Assembly: GCF_001677475.2 (NCBI RefSeq)
Contig: NZ_CP015229.1
Reading direction: 5' to 3' (one strand)
DNA length: 64,000 nt
From: Escherichia coli
GTDB taxonomy: Bacteria > Pseudomonadota > Gammaproteobacteria > Enterobacterales > Enterobacteriaceae
Part shown: positions 54,906 through 64,000 of the stretch, one piece after another
Numbering within the stretch: position 1 is the first letter of the stretch
How the letters are laid out: every line of letters starts with the position of its first letter
The notes under the pieces: generated by a model
Databases searched by the model: none
What the model was told of the DNA's origin: nothing
The model's input: the letters and a program-made list of their open reading frames with translations, nothing else
Program-made: the position numbers and the translations under genes

Positions 54906-56897
54906 TTACAGCAGCGCTTTGGCTTTCGCAACAACGTTGTCAACGGTGAAGCCGAACTCTTCAAACAGCAGTTCTGCCGGAGCAGATTCACCGAAGGTGG
55001 TCATGCCGACGATAGCACCGTTCAGGCCAACATACTTGTACCAGTAGTCAGCAATGCCAGCTTCCACCGCAACGCGTGCAGTAACCGCTTTCGGCAGTAC
55101 GGATTCACGGTAAGCCGCATCCTGCTTGTCGAATGCGTCGGTAGACGGCATGGAAACCACGCGCGCTTTCACGCCTTCGGCAGTCAGTTTTTCGTAGGCA
55201 GCAACCGCCAGTTCAACTTCAGAACCGGTAGCGATGAAGATCAGTTCCGGCTGACCGGCACAGTCTTTCAGCACATAACCACCGCGCGCGATGTTTGCCA
55301 GCTGCTCTTCAGTACGTTCCTGCTGCGCCAGGTTCTGACGGGAGAGGATAAGCGCAGTCGGGCCGTCCTGACGCTCAACGCCGTATTTCCACGCGACCGC
55401 GGATTCAACCTGGTCACACGGACGCCATGTGGACATGTTCGGGGTCACGCGCAGAGAAGCGACCTGCTCTACCGGCTGGTGAGTCGGGCCATCTTCGCCC
55501 AGACCGATGGAGTCGTGGGTGTAAACCATCACCTGACGCTGTTTCATCAGCGCAGCCATACGTACGGCGTTACGTGCGTATTCCACGAACATCAGGAAGG
55601 TGGAGGTGTACGGCAGGAAGCCACCGTGCAGGGAGATACCGTTAGCAATCGCGGTCATACCGAACTCGCGAACACCGTAGTGGATGTAGTTACCCGCAGC
55701 ATCTTCGTTGATTGCTTTAGAACCAGACCACAGGGTCAGGTTAGACGGTGCCAGGTCAGCAGAGCCGCCGAGGAATTCCGGCAACAGCGGACCGAACGCT
55801 TCAATCGCATTCTGAGACGCTTTACGGCTGGCGATTTTCGCCGGATTAGCCTGCAGTTTAGCGATGAATTCTTTCGCTTTGGCGTCGAAGTCAGACGGCA
55901 TTTCGCCTTTCATACGGCGGGTAAATTCAGCGGCTTCCTGCGGATAAGCTTTCGCGTAAGCCGCGAATTTCTCGTTCCATGCGGATTCTTTCGCCTGGCC
56001 TGCTTCTTTCGCATCCCACTGAGCATAGATTTCAGACGGGATTTCGAACGGTGCATATTTCCAGCCCAGCTGTTCGCGGGTCAGGGCGATTTCAGCGTCG
56101 CCCAGCGGCGCACCGTGGGAGTCGTGCGTACCGGCTTTGTTCGGGGAACCGAAACCGATGATGGTTTTGCACATCAGCAGGGACGGTTTGTCAGTCACTG
56201 CGCGCGCTTCTTCTACTGCGCGTTTGATGGATGCCGCGTCATGACCGTCGATGCCGCGAATAACGTGCCAGCCGTAAGCTTCGAAACGCATTGCGGTGTC
56301 GTCGGTGAACCAGCCTTCAACGTGGCCATCGATAGAGATACCGTTGTCATCGTAGAACGCAATCAGTTTACCCAGCTTCAGCGTACCCGCCAGAGAGCAA
56401 ACTTCGTGGGAGATACCTTCCATCATGCAGCCGTCGCCCATGAAGGCGTAGGTGTAGTGGTCGACGATGTCGTGGCCCGGACGGTTAAACTGCGCCGCCA
56501 GCGTTTTTTCTGCAATCGCCATACCGACTGCGTTGGCAATACCCTGACCCAGCGGACCAGTAGTGGTTTCCACACCAGCGGTGTAACCCACTTCCGGGTG
56601 ACCCGGAGTTTTAGAGTGCAGCTGACGGAAGTTTTTCAGTTCTTCCATCGGCAGATCGTAACCGGTGAGGTGCAGCAGGCTGTAGATCAGCATGGAGCCG
56701 TGGCCGTTGGACAGCACGAAGCGGTCACGGTCAGCCCAGGACGGATTCTGCGGGTTGTGTTTCAGGAAATCACGCCACAGGACTTCGGCAATGTCAGCCA
56801 TACCCATAGGGGCACCCGGGTGACCGGATTTGGCTTTCTGTACTGCGTCCATGCTCAGCGCACGAATAGCATTGGCAAGCTCTTTACGTGAGGACAT
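54906..56897 (-). CDS. tktA: transketolase 1, 663 aa
   Basis: ORF 54906..56927; start at [12 protein letters not shown] (ATG 56897..56895); TPP-binding motifs. Confidence 0.95.
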   Translation of the reverse strand: MSSRKELANAIRALSMDAVQKAKSGHPGAPMGMADIAEVLWRDFLKHNPQNPSWADRDRFVLSNGHGSMLIYSLLHLTGYDLPMEELKNFRQLHSKTPGHPEVGYTAGVETTTGPLGQGIANAVGMAIAEKTLAAQFNRPGHDIVDHYTYAFMGDGCMMEGISHEVCSLAGTLKLGKLIAFYDDNGISIDGHVEGWFTDDTAMRFEAYGWHVIRGIDGHDAASIKRAVEEARAVTDKPSLLMCKTIIGFGSPNKAGTHDSHGAPLGDAEIALTREQLGWKYAPFEIPSEIYAQWDAKEAGQAKESAWNEKFAAYAKAYPQEAAEFTRRMKGEMPSDFDAKAKEFIAKLQANPAKIASRKASQNAIEAFGPLLPEFLGGSADLAPSNLTLWSGSKAINEDAAGNYIHYGVREFGMTAIANGISLHGGFLPYTSTFLMFVEYARNAVRMAALMKQRQVMVYTHDSIGLGEDGPTHQPVEQVASLRVTPNMSTWRPCDQVESAVAWKYGVERQDGPTALILSRQNLAQQERTEEQLANIARGGYVLKDCAGQPELIFIATGSEVELAVAAYEKLTAEGVKARVVSMPSTDAFDKQDAAYRESVLPKAVTARVAVEAGIADYWYKYVGLNGAIVGMTTFGESAPAELLFEEFGFTVDNVVAKAKALL

Positions 56898-57174
56898 TTT
56901 GACTCCAGATCGGATGATGAAGGGCACGCCCTTAACGACTTGACGACAGCGCGTTTTGGGCTACGCCAGAAAATTTGCCAACAATTTACCGCAAGCCGCG
57001 CGTCATGTACATGGAACATCCTTTTGCCGCTTCAGAAATCTCTGGATCATGCTCGCATGTTGCGCAATCTGCTCGCCCGTCCGCTGCGCTTTTCCTTATA
57101 CTGAGACTGAGCGTCGATTCACCTGCAAACGGCGCATTTTTAGAATAATCCTGACCTTGTGCGGAAGAGAAAAC

Positions 57175-57933
57175 ATGAAAATTCGCGCCTTATTGGTAGC
57201 AATGAGCGTGGCAACGGTACTGACCGGTTGCCAGAATATGGACTCCAACGGACTGCTCTCATCAGGAGCGGAAGCTTTTCAGGCTTACAGTTTGAGTGAT
57301 GCGCAGGTGAAAACCCTGAGCGATCAGGCATGTCAGGAGATGGACAGCAAGGCGACGATTGCGCCAGCCAATAGCGAATACGCTAAACGTCTGACAACTA
57401 TTGCCAATGCGCTAGGCAACAATATCAACGGTCAGCCGGTGAATTACAAAGTGTATATGGCGAAGGATGTGAACGCCTTTGCAATGGCTAACGGCTGTAT
57501 CCGCGTCTATAGCGGGCTGATGGATATGATGACGGATAACGAAGTCGAAGCGGTGATCGGTCACGAGATGGGGCACGTGGCGTTAGGCCATGTGAAAAAA
57601 GGGATGCAGGTGGCGCTTGGTACAAATGCCGTGCGAGTAGCTGCGGCCTCTGCGGGCGGGATTGTCGGCAGTTTATCGCAATCACAACTTGGTGATCTGG
57701 GCGAGAAATTAGTCAATTCGCAATTCTCCCAGCGCCAGGAAGCAGAAGCCGATGATTACTCTTATGATCTTCTGCGCCAACGCGGCATCAGCCCGGCAGG
57801 TCTTGCCACCAGCTTTGAAAAACTGGCGAAACTGGAAGAAGGCCGCCAAAGCTCAATGTTTGACGACCACCCAGCATCCGCCGAACGCGCCCAGCATATT
57901 CGCGATCGTATGAGCGCGGATGGGGTTAAGTGA
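57175..57933 (+). CDS. loiP: outer-membrane M48-family metalloprotease LoiP, 252 aa
   Basis: 3' part of ORF 56956..57933; start at MKIRALLVAM (ATG 57175); lipobox LTGC; HEMGH zinc motif. Confidence 0.9.
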   Translation: MKIRALLVAMSVATVLTGCQNMDSNGLLSSGAEAFQAYSLSDAQVKTLSDQACQEMDSKATIAPANSEYAKRLTTIANALGNNINGQPVNYKVYMAKDVNAFAMANGCIRVYSGLMDMMTDNEVEAVIGHEMGHVALGHVKKGMQVALGTNAVRVAAASAGGIVGSLSQSQLGDLGEKLVNSQFSQRQEAEADDYSYDLLRQRGISPAGLATSFEKLAKLEEGRQSSMFDDHPASAERAQHIRDRMSADGVK

Positions 57934-57940
57934 TTTCATA

Positions 57941-57972
57941 TTTCTCCGACAGGAATGTCGGAGAAATTTTCA
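57941..57972 (+). terminator. loiP intrinsic terminator
   Basis: TTTCTCCGACA-GGAAT-GTCGGAGAAA followed by TTTTCATTC. Confidence 0.75.
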
Positions 57973-58018
57973 TTCAGGATCGGTCACAGTCATTAAACAA
58001 GCTCAATCATTGGGGGCA

Positions 58019-59581
58019 TCAATTCGCTTCGTAGATTGCTTTATCCGGTGTATCCGATTGCACCTCTACTACATCGGCAGTGCTTACGCCACAAGCCCAG
58101 GCAAAAGCCGTCTCTGTTCCTTCAGGTAATGGAGTATCCCAGGGTAAAGTACGCCACGGACTCCCCTGCTCTTTTAATAAAGATGTAATGGCTTTCTTAA
58201 AAAGAATATGGGTAATCAGGTGCCGTTTATCCGTTGCTTTCCAGTACCAACGGGCCAGCAAAAAATGTCCGGCCAATTCGCGCCAGCTTCTGTAATGTTG
58301 CTGTACGCGTCTGGCTGCCAGCATCGAAAAATCGACCATTTCACGCTGGGTAATGTATCCCACTTGCGCCCCGCTATTACATAGCATGACAAAGCGCACC
58401 ATATCCCAGGCACAAAAATCTATGTCGCATATTTTACGTCGATTTTTTCTGACCATCTGTAGCTGCCACAAACGCTCTTTCGCTTCGCTACTTAATTTCG
58501 CGTTCTGAGCTAATTGCTGAGCGAACGCGCTATATTCAGCATCCGGCATTTCGCTATCGTTTTTGATCTGTTCTTCATAAACTGAACGATGCCCTGCTAC
58601 AAACAAAGCTAAGAGTTGCTCAAGTAACGAATCCCGATCAAAGACGCCCCACATGTCAGCAAGGGACTCAACTTCACTTTTGCAATCATTCTCTGCTTCC
58701 ACGGAATCATCATTAACGACTCGTCGCGCCCAGTGATTGTTACCCGCAATGGCATAAGGCGCGCCGACTGCCATTGCCCAACGTTCGGCAGCAGGAATTT
58801 TTTGAATTGAGGGATCTTTACAGGATGCTTTGAAAAGGCGATGTCCGGCGAACACCAGGCCATAACCAATCCACAAAACAGCCACCAAGGCGAGAATAAG
58901 TATTATCGCTACCAGATAAAGGGCATATTTGCCTATTGTCAGTAAGACATCCAGCCAGGAAGAGTCTGGCTCCGTAACTGTTTGCTCCACCGATGTCAAA
59001 GGGGACTTACTGACCCGCTCTGGCGCGGTCCTCGTCAACAGAGGGAAATCCCTATGTTGCTTGAATGAGCGTTTTTTAAGCAAATCTATTTTTTTCTGCA
59101 CCTCATCAGTAACCCGACCGTTTTTTTCAAACTCATGTAACGATGCAAAATCAATCGCCGCAATCTTCCATTTACCATCCCCTTCACGGATTAATTCCAT
59201 TGGAATATCAATATAAGATTGGTGACCAAAAAAAGCACCAATCTGCGCCTTGTCGCCTTCGACGAAGGTCGCTAAAGGATCGCTATAACTGGGGAAACGT
59301 CGTTTACACGTTTTGGGTGACTCTTGCCAGTATTTCAGTACAGGCTCCATTAAAGCAGGCGTAAATACTTGCTGCATTTCCACAAGGCGATCGTGCGAAT
59401 CTGTGCTGGTGACAAACTCAGGGCCACATAATGCGCGATAACTCTTTTTGACGACAGAGGAAATAGCTTCTTTGTCTTGTTGCAGCTGTGCGGCAATTTT
59501 CTGTTTTTCTGCTCTATCGCAGCCAGTTGATAAAAGAAATAACAAACAAAGAAGAGGCTTCCAGGGAAGAGTGCGTTCCAT
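58019..59581 (-). CDS. hypothetical membrane protein, 520 aa: N-terminal signal/lipobox-like segment, one internal TM helix, large C-terminal domain (possibly DUF1266-like)
   Basis: ORF 58019..59581; N-terminus MERTLPWKPLLCLLFLLSTGC; internal hydrophobic segment YALYLVAIILILALVAVLWIGYGLVFAG; domain assignment is from memory and tentative. Confidence 0.7.
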   Translation of the reverse strand: MERTLPWKPLLCLLFLLSTGCDRAEKQKIAAQLQQDKEAISSVVKKSYRALCGPEFVTSTDSHDRLVEMQQVFTPALMEPVLKYWQESPKTCKRRFPSYSDPLATFVEGDKAQIGAFFGHQSYIDIPMELIREGDGKWKIAAIDFASLHEFEKNGRVTDEVQKKIDLLKKRSFKQHRDFPLLTRTAPERVSKSPLTSVEQTVTEPDSSWLDVLLTIGKYALYLVAIILILALVAVLWIGYGLVFAGHRLFKASCKDPSIQKIPAAERWAMAVGAPYAIAGNNHWARRVVNDDSVEAENDCKSEVESLADMWGVFDRDSLLEQLLALFVAGHRSVYEEQIKNDSEMPDAEYSAFAQQLAQNAKLSSEAKERLWQLQMVRKNRRKICDIDFCAWDMVRFVMLCNSGAQVGYITQREMVDFSMLAARRVQQHYRSWRELAGHFLLARWYWKATDKRHLITHILFKKAITSLLKEQGSPWRTLPWDTPLPEGTETAFAWACGVSTADVVEVQSDTPDKAIYEAN

Positions 59582-59664
59582 CTATTTATTCCATTAAAAA
59601 CACGGTAATAACAATCCATTAAAAAACAGCAGTCAGGGTAAAGATGACTTAATTAACAGGATAG

Positions 59665-59701
59665 GTTTTAAATGATAAGTCCCTTGTGCCAGACAAGGGA
59701 C
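59665..59701 (-). terminator. hairpin downstream of speB
   Basis: Perfect 8-bp stem GTCCCTTG/CAAGGGAC followed on the minus strand by a T-rich tract. Confidence 0.5.
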
Positions 59702-59730
59702 TGTGCAAAAAATTCGACCAGGCAGGTTAC

Positions 59731-60651
59731 TTACTCGCCCTTTTTCGCCGCCTGAATATACAGCATCTCCAGCGCCAGCGTTGCCGCTGCCAGAGCAGTG
59801 ATTTCCGACTGATCGTATGCCGGAGCCACTTCCACTACGTCCATCCCAACGATGTTGAGATCTTTCAGGCCGCGTACCAGTTTAATGGCGCGATCGGAGG
59901 TCAGGCCGCCAATTACCGGCGTACCGGTGCCTGGTGCAAAAGCAGGATCCAGGCAGTCGATATCAAAGGTCAGGTAAACCGGCATATCACCCACAATCTG
60001 TTTCACCTGGGCGATAACATCATCCACGCTGCGATCGTTCACCTGGCAGGCGTCCAGCACGGTAAAGCCGTTGTCTTTATCAAACTCGGTACGAATACCA
60101 ATCTGCACGGAATGATTCGGGTCAATCAGACCTTCTTTTGGCGCGGTATAGAACATCGTGCCGTGGTCAAATTCACAACCGTTCGCATAGGTATCGGTGT
60201 GAGCGTCAAAGTGTACCAGCGCCATTTTGCCGAAATGTTTTGCATGGGCGCGCAGCAGCGGCAGCGTAACAAAGTGGTCACCACCGAAGGAGAGCATACG
60301 CTTACCGGCAGCCAGCAGTTTCTCTGCGTGCGCCTGCAATTTCTCGCTCATCTCACGGGCATCGCCGAAGGCATATACCAGATCGCCGCAGTCCACGACG
60401 TTCAGGCGCTCGCGCATGTCGAAATTCCACGGGAAACGGTTGTGTTCCCAGGCCAGGTTAGTTGATACCTGACGGATAGCCGCCGGACCGTGACGACCAC
60501 CCGCACGACCAGAAGTGGCCATATCGAACGGTACGCCGGTAATCACCCAGTCAGCATCGCTGTCATACGGCTGGAAGTTCATCGGCAGGCGTAAAAAACC
60601 AAAGGCGTTGGAAACCAGTGAGTTATCGTATTGATGCCCTAAGGTGCTCAT
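59731..60651 (-). CDS. speB: agmatinase (agmatine ureohydrolase), 306 aa
   Basis: ORF 59731..60651; arginase-fold metal-binding motifs ([14 protein letters not shown]). Confidence 0.95.
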   Translation of the reverse strand: MSTLGHQYDNSLVSNAFGFLRLPMNFQPYDSDADWVITGVPFDMATSGRAGGRHGPAAIRQVSTNLAWEHNRFPWNFDMRERLNVVDCGDLVYAFGDAREMSEKLQAHAEKLLAAGKRMLSFGGDHFVTLPLLRAHAKHFGKMALVHFDAHTDTYANGCEFDHGTMFYTAPKEGLIDPNHSVQIGIRTEFDKDNGFTVLDACQVNDRSVDDVIAQVKQIVGDMPVYLTFDIDCLDPAFAPGTGTPVIGGLTSDRAIKLVRGLKDLNIVGMDVVEVAPAYDQSEITALAAATLALEMLYIQAAKKGE

Positions 60652-60678
60652 GGATGGACTCCTATTACAAAGTCGATA

Positions 60679-60721
60679 TAAAAAAACCCTTCCGCGTCGT
60701 TAGGCCCGACGAGGAAGGGTT
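60679..60721 (-). terminator. strong intrinsic terminator after the lipoprotein gene, about 30 nt upstream of the speB start codon
   Basis: Long stem AACCCTTCC...GGAAGGGTT with an inner CGTCG/CGACG pairing, followed on the minus strand by a 7-nt T-run. Confidence 0.7.
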
Positions 60722-60786
60722 GGATTTGCGAAACACAAGTTTGTGCTAATTATCGCCTTAAATGGGCGAGGCATCAAGCGAGGTTG

Positions 60787-61518
60787 CTATTTCCGACACG
60801 GTGGCGGCGCATAGCCATTGTTATCTGCTGGAAAAGCTTGTCCAGAGCACGGTGGCAGCGCGTTTTGCGCCGGGCCTTGTAATTCAAAGGCGGCAAAGCC
60901 GATTACCCCGGTATTACGCACATCGCCTTGCGCCGAATTGGCGGCGTAGGAATCAGCAACGTTGGCGAACTGAAAAGCCGCTTCGGTATGTTTATCTTTG
61001 CGGAATCCTTTAATCGCTAACGAATCTCCGGCATTCACAATATAACCGTTGTTATTCAGCGAACCTTGCTTGCCGTTCAGCACATCCAGGCCATCAACCG
61101 TAGCAACGATCTCGTAATTGGTGTTCCGGCTGTAGTTACGGACATATAATTGATAATTCATCCCCACTCTGGCATGAACAATATATCGCGGTTCATTATT
61201 TGATGAATCATAAACTCGCGTAATAGGTAGAGAATTAAAATTCGCATCACGAATAGCATATTCCAGTTCGTTAATACGAATGCTATAAACACGGTCGTAG
61301 CCGGAAGGAATATTTGTCGAATAATTAATAACGATCATCTCTGCCGGATCGCGCCAGGCGCGTTCAGCAGATACGCCCTGAACCGTTGAGTGCACATCTC
61401 CACCCCAGGCAGTGCCGACATTGCCCGATGCACTGCTATTATACTGCGCATTACTTGAGCAACCAGCCAACAACACGACTAATGCCACCAACGCGCTACG
61501 TACTTTCCATTTTTTCAT
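60787..61518 (-). CDS. hypothetical lipoprotein, 243 aa
   Basis: ORF 60787..61518; signal peptide with classic lipobox (VVLLAG-C, Cys20); N/S/Y-rich mature part; no domain recognised. Confidence 0.7.
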   Translation of the reverse strand: MKKWKVRSALVALVVLLAGCSSNAQYNSSASGNVGTAWGGDVHSTVQGVSAERAWRDPAEMIVINYSTNIPSGYDRVYSIRINELEYAIRDANFNSLPITRVYDSSNNEPRYIVHARVGMNYQLYVRNYSRNTNYEIVATVDGLDVLNGKQGSLNNNGYIVNAGDSLAIKGFRKDKHTEAAFQFANVADSYAANSAQGDVRNTGVIGFAAFELQGPAQNALPPCSGQAFPADNNGYAPPPCRK

Positions 61519-61600
61519 TACCGTTCCCTCTATTTAATTAATACAGCGATTGTAGGGGGGTTATTTAATAATAAAAGCAGCCAAATTATTTTTAAGAATA

Positions 61601-61644
61601 TATAAAAAGAAAGCGGGCCGATTTACGTAAATAAATCGACCCGC
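61601..61644 (-). terminator. speA intrinsic terminator
   Basis: GCGGGCCGATTTA ... TAAATCGACCCGC, 13-bp stem with one mismatch, followed on the minus strand by TTTCTTTTTATA. Confidence 0.7.
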
Positions 61645-61661
61645 CAGCGGAATAATCTTAA

Positions 61662-63638
61662 TTATTCATCTTCAAGATAGGTATATCCGTACAACCCTGC
61701 CTCGAACTCTTCAAGGAACTGTTGTTGCAATTCAGCATCAAGATCGGTTTTCTTCACTTGATCACGGAACTGAGTTAACAGCGTTTTCGGATCGAGCTGT
61801 ACATATTGCAGCATGTCCGCCACGGTATCGCCTTCGTCAGACAGTTCTACTTCTACGCTACCGTCAGGGAAGACGAACACGTCAACCGCTTCGGTATCAC
61901 CGAACAGGTTGTGCATATTGCCGAGGATCTCCTGATATGCGCCGACCATAAAGAAACCGAGCATCGGCGGATTCTCCGGATCGTACTCCGGCATTGGCAT
62001 TGTCGTGGCAATACCGTCACCATCAATATAGTGGTCGATAGCACCGTCAGAGTCACAGGTAATATCCAGCAACACAGCGCGGCGTTCCGGCACTTGATCC
62101 AGCCCTTCCAGCGGCAGAACCGGGAACAACTGGTCGATCCCCCATGCGTCCGGCATCGACTGGAACAGCGAGAAGTTGACGTACATTTTGTCCGCCATAC
62201 GTTCCTGCAGCTCGTCGATAATCGGGCGATGCGCACGGTTTTGCGGATCCAGTTGCTTCTGCACTTCATGGCACATGCTCAGATAGAGTTGTTCTGCCCA
62301 TGCACGTTCTTGCAGATTGTAAGTGCCCGAAGAGTATCCGATATGAATATCGTGCAGATCCATCTGGCTGTCATGCAGCCACTCACGCAGAGAACGGCGA
62401 GTCCCCGGTTCGTGCATTTCCTGCCAGGTTTCCCACATGCTTTGCAGGGCGCGCGGTGCGTCTTCTGCAGGTGCGGTCGGCACCGTGTATTCGTTACGTT
62501 CCACGCCGATGATATTTGACACCAGCACGGTGTGATGCGCAGTCACCGCACGACCCGACTCGGTGATTACCGTCGGATGCGGCAGACCATTTTCTTCACA
62601 CGCATCACCAATCGCCCAGATGATGTTGTTAGCGTATTCATTGAGGCCGTAGTTCACCGAACAGTCGGACTGCGAACGGGTGCCTTCATAATCCACGCCC
62701 AGGCCGCCGCCGACGTCGAAGCACTGAATATTGACGCCCAGCTTGTGCAGTTCCACATAGAAACGCGCGGATTCACGAACGCCTGTCGCGATATCGCGAA
62801 TATTCGCCATCTGCGAACCGAGGTGGAAGTGCAGCAGTTGCAGACTGTCGAGACGCCCGGCTTCACGCAGCGTTTCAACCAGTTGCAGTACCTGAGTCGC
62901 AGCCAGGCCGAACTTCGATTTTTCCCCGCCGGAGGACTGCCATTTACCGGAGCCCTGCGAAGCCAGACGTGCACGCACGCCCAGACGAGGAACGACATTC
63001 AGACGTTCTGCTTCATCCAGCACAATGGCAATTTCTGACATCTTCTCAATGACCAGATAGACCTTGTGGCCCATCTTCTCGCCAATTAATGCCAGGCGGA
63101 TATATTCGCGGTCCTTATAACCGTTGCAAACGATGACGCTACGGGTCATGCCAGCATGTGCCAGCACCGCCATCAACTCCGCTTTGGAACCGGCTTCCAG
63201 GCCCAGCGGTTCGCCCGAATGAATCAGGGACTCAATCACGCGGCGGTGCTGGTTAACTTTGATCGGATAAACGAGGAAGTAATCGCCGTTATAGCCGTAG
63301 GATTCCCGCGCACGTTTGAACGCGGCGTTAATAGAACGCAAACGGTGCTGCAGGATCTGTGGGAAACAGAACAGTGCAGGCAGACGCTGGCCCTGTGCTT
63401 CACGAGTTTTCACTAACTGCGCGAGATCGACGCGAGCTTCCGGGACGTCCGGGTCCGGGCACACGCTAATGTGGCCCAGCTCGTTAACGTCATAGTAGTT
63501 ATTGCCCCACCAGGCAATATTGTAAGTACGCAGCATCTTGCTGGCTTCCTGGGAGCTCATTGCAACCTCCTGCATGGAGCGTAGTACACCGTGTTCGCCC
63601 GCTGACGAAGGCAAACCCATAGACATGTCGTCAGACAT
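61662..63638 (-). CDS. speA: biosynthetic arginine decarboxylase, 658 aa
   Basis: ORF 61662..63650; start at [12 protein letters not shown] (ATG 63638..63636) gives the K-12 length. Confidence 0.95.
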   Translation of the reverse strand: MSDDMSMGLPSSAGEHGVLRSMQEVAMSSQEASKMLRTYNIAWWGNNYYDVNELGHISVCPDPDVPEARVDLAQLVKTREAQGQRLPALFCFPQILQHRLRSINAAFKRARESYGYNGDYFLVYPIKVNQHRRVIESLIHSGEPLGLEAGSKAELMAVLAHAGMTRSVIVCNGYKDREYIRLALIGEKMGHKVYLVIEKMSEIAIVLDEAERLNVVPRLGVRARLASQGSGKWQSSGGEKSKFGLAATQVLQLVETLREAGRLDSLQLLHFHLGSQMANIRDIATGVRESARFYVELHKLGVNIQCFDVGGGLGVDYEGTRSQSDCSVNYGLNEYANNIIWAIGDACEENGLPHPTVITESGRAVTAHHTVLVSNIIGVERNEYTVPTAPAEDAPRALQSMWETWQEMHEPGTRRSLREWLHDSQMDLHDIHIGYSSGTYNLQERAWAEQLYLSMCHEVQKQLDPQNRAHRPIIDELQERMADKMYVNFSLFQSMPDAWGIDQLFPVLPLEGLDQVPERRAVLLDITCDSDGAIDHYIDGDGIATTMPMPEYDPENPPMLGFFMVGAYQEILGNMHNLFGDTEAVDVFVFPDGSVEVELSDEGDTVADMLQYVQLDPKTLLTQFRDQVKKTDLDAELQQQFLEEFEAGLYGYTYLEDE

Positions 63639-63646
63639 AGCGAACC

Positions 63647-63778
63647 TCAAATTATTTTATTAAGTGTAAAACAGTTAACGACTATCGCAGCCTGGAACTG
63701 CGATAACAACCCATAAGCACATGGATTTTCCAGCAGTGAATGCTGACGCTCCAACTGCGCAACCGGTTTCTTTTTCAT
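63647..63778 (-). CDS. yqgB: small protein YqgB, 43 aa ([43 protein letters not shown])
   Basis: Minus-strand ATG 63778..63776 to TGA 63649..63647, ending 8 nt before the speA start; matches my recollection of K-12 YqgB; too short for the ORF track. Confidence 0.65.
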   Translation of the reverse strand: MKKKPVAQLERQHSLLENPCAYGLLSQFQAAIVVNCFTLNKII

Positions 63779-63913
63779 AACATTATTAAGCACATAACCG
63801 AACGTAAGTGTGACAGTTCGGCGAAACCACGAGAAAACTCTTGTTTTTACAAGAGCGCCCTTGTTCAGTCCTCAGTAACTGTAACCAGCTCTTGAATCCT
63901 GAGAAGCGCCGAG

Positions 63914-64000
63914 ATGGGTATAACATCGGCAGGTATGCAAAGCAGAGATGCAGAGTGCGGGGAACGAATCTTCACCAGAACGGTGAGACAGGTTAAGCAG
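63914..64000 (+). CDS. yqgC: possible 5' part of yqgC (runs off the right edge)
   Basis: ATG at 63914 opens a frame ([20 protein letters not shown]...) still open at the window end; position matches K-12 yqgC but the sequence was not verified. Confidence 0.25.

Noticed and set aside
55479-56891. 470-aa plus-strand ORF
   Set aside because: Antisense to tktA; same reasoning.

Overview
This window is an enterobacterial chromosomal segment that reads gene-for-gene like the Escherichia coli K-12 ygfT-to-speA region: ygfS/ygfT, uacT, idi, lysS-prfB, recJ-dsbC-xerD, fldB, ygfX/ygfY, ygfZ, yqfA, yqfB, bglA, ygfF, gcvTHP, ubiI-ubiH-pepP-ygfB, zapA-ssrS-fau, sibC/ibsC, serA, rpiA, argP, scpA-argK-scpB-scpC, ygfI, yggE, argO, mscS, fbaA-pgk-epd, yggC-yggD-yggF-yggP-cmtA-cmtB, tktA, loiP, speB, speA, yqgB. 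Gene calls rest on the supplied ORF track, my reading of the sequence, and protein lengths that match the K-12 proteins as I remember them; no database search was run. Four segments are not in the K-12 gene order as I recall it, and these are the main candidates for something new: (1) a five-gene plus-strand operon between epd and yggC encoding a PPC/DUF296-like protein and an ECF-type ABC importer (S, T, A, A'); (2) an SPFH/band-7 gene between cmtB and tktA interrupted by an in-frame TAA inside a tandem repeat; (3) a 520-aa membrane protein between loiP and speB; (4) a 243-aa lipoprotein gene between speB and speA. Non-coding content includes 6S RNA, the sibC/ibsC type I toxin-antitoxin pair, the prfB +1 frameshift site, two REP-pair (BIME-like) elements each bracketed by a duplicated hairpin, and two inverted ERIC/IRU copies, one carrying a ~70-bp insertion. 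No tRNA, rRNA, CRISPR array, IS element or integrase was seen.
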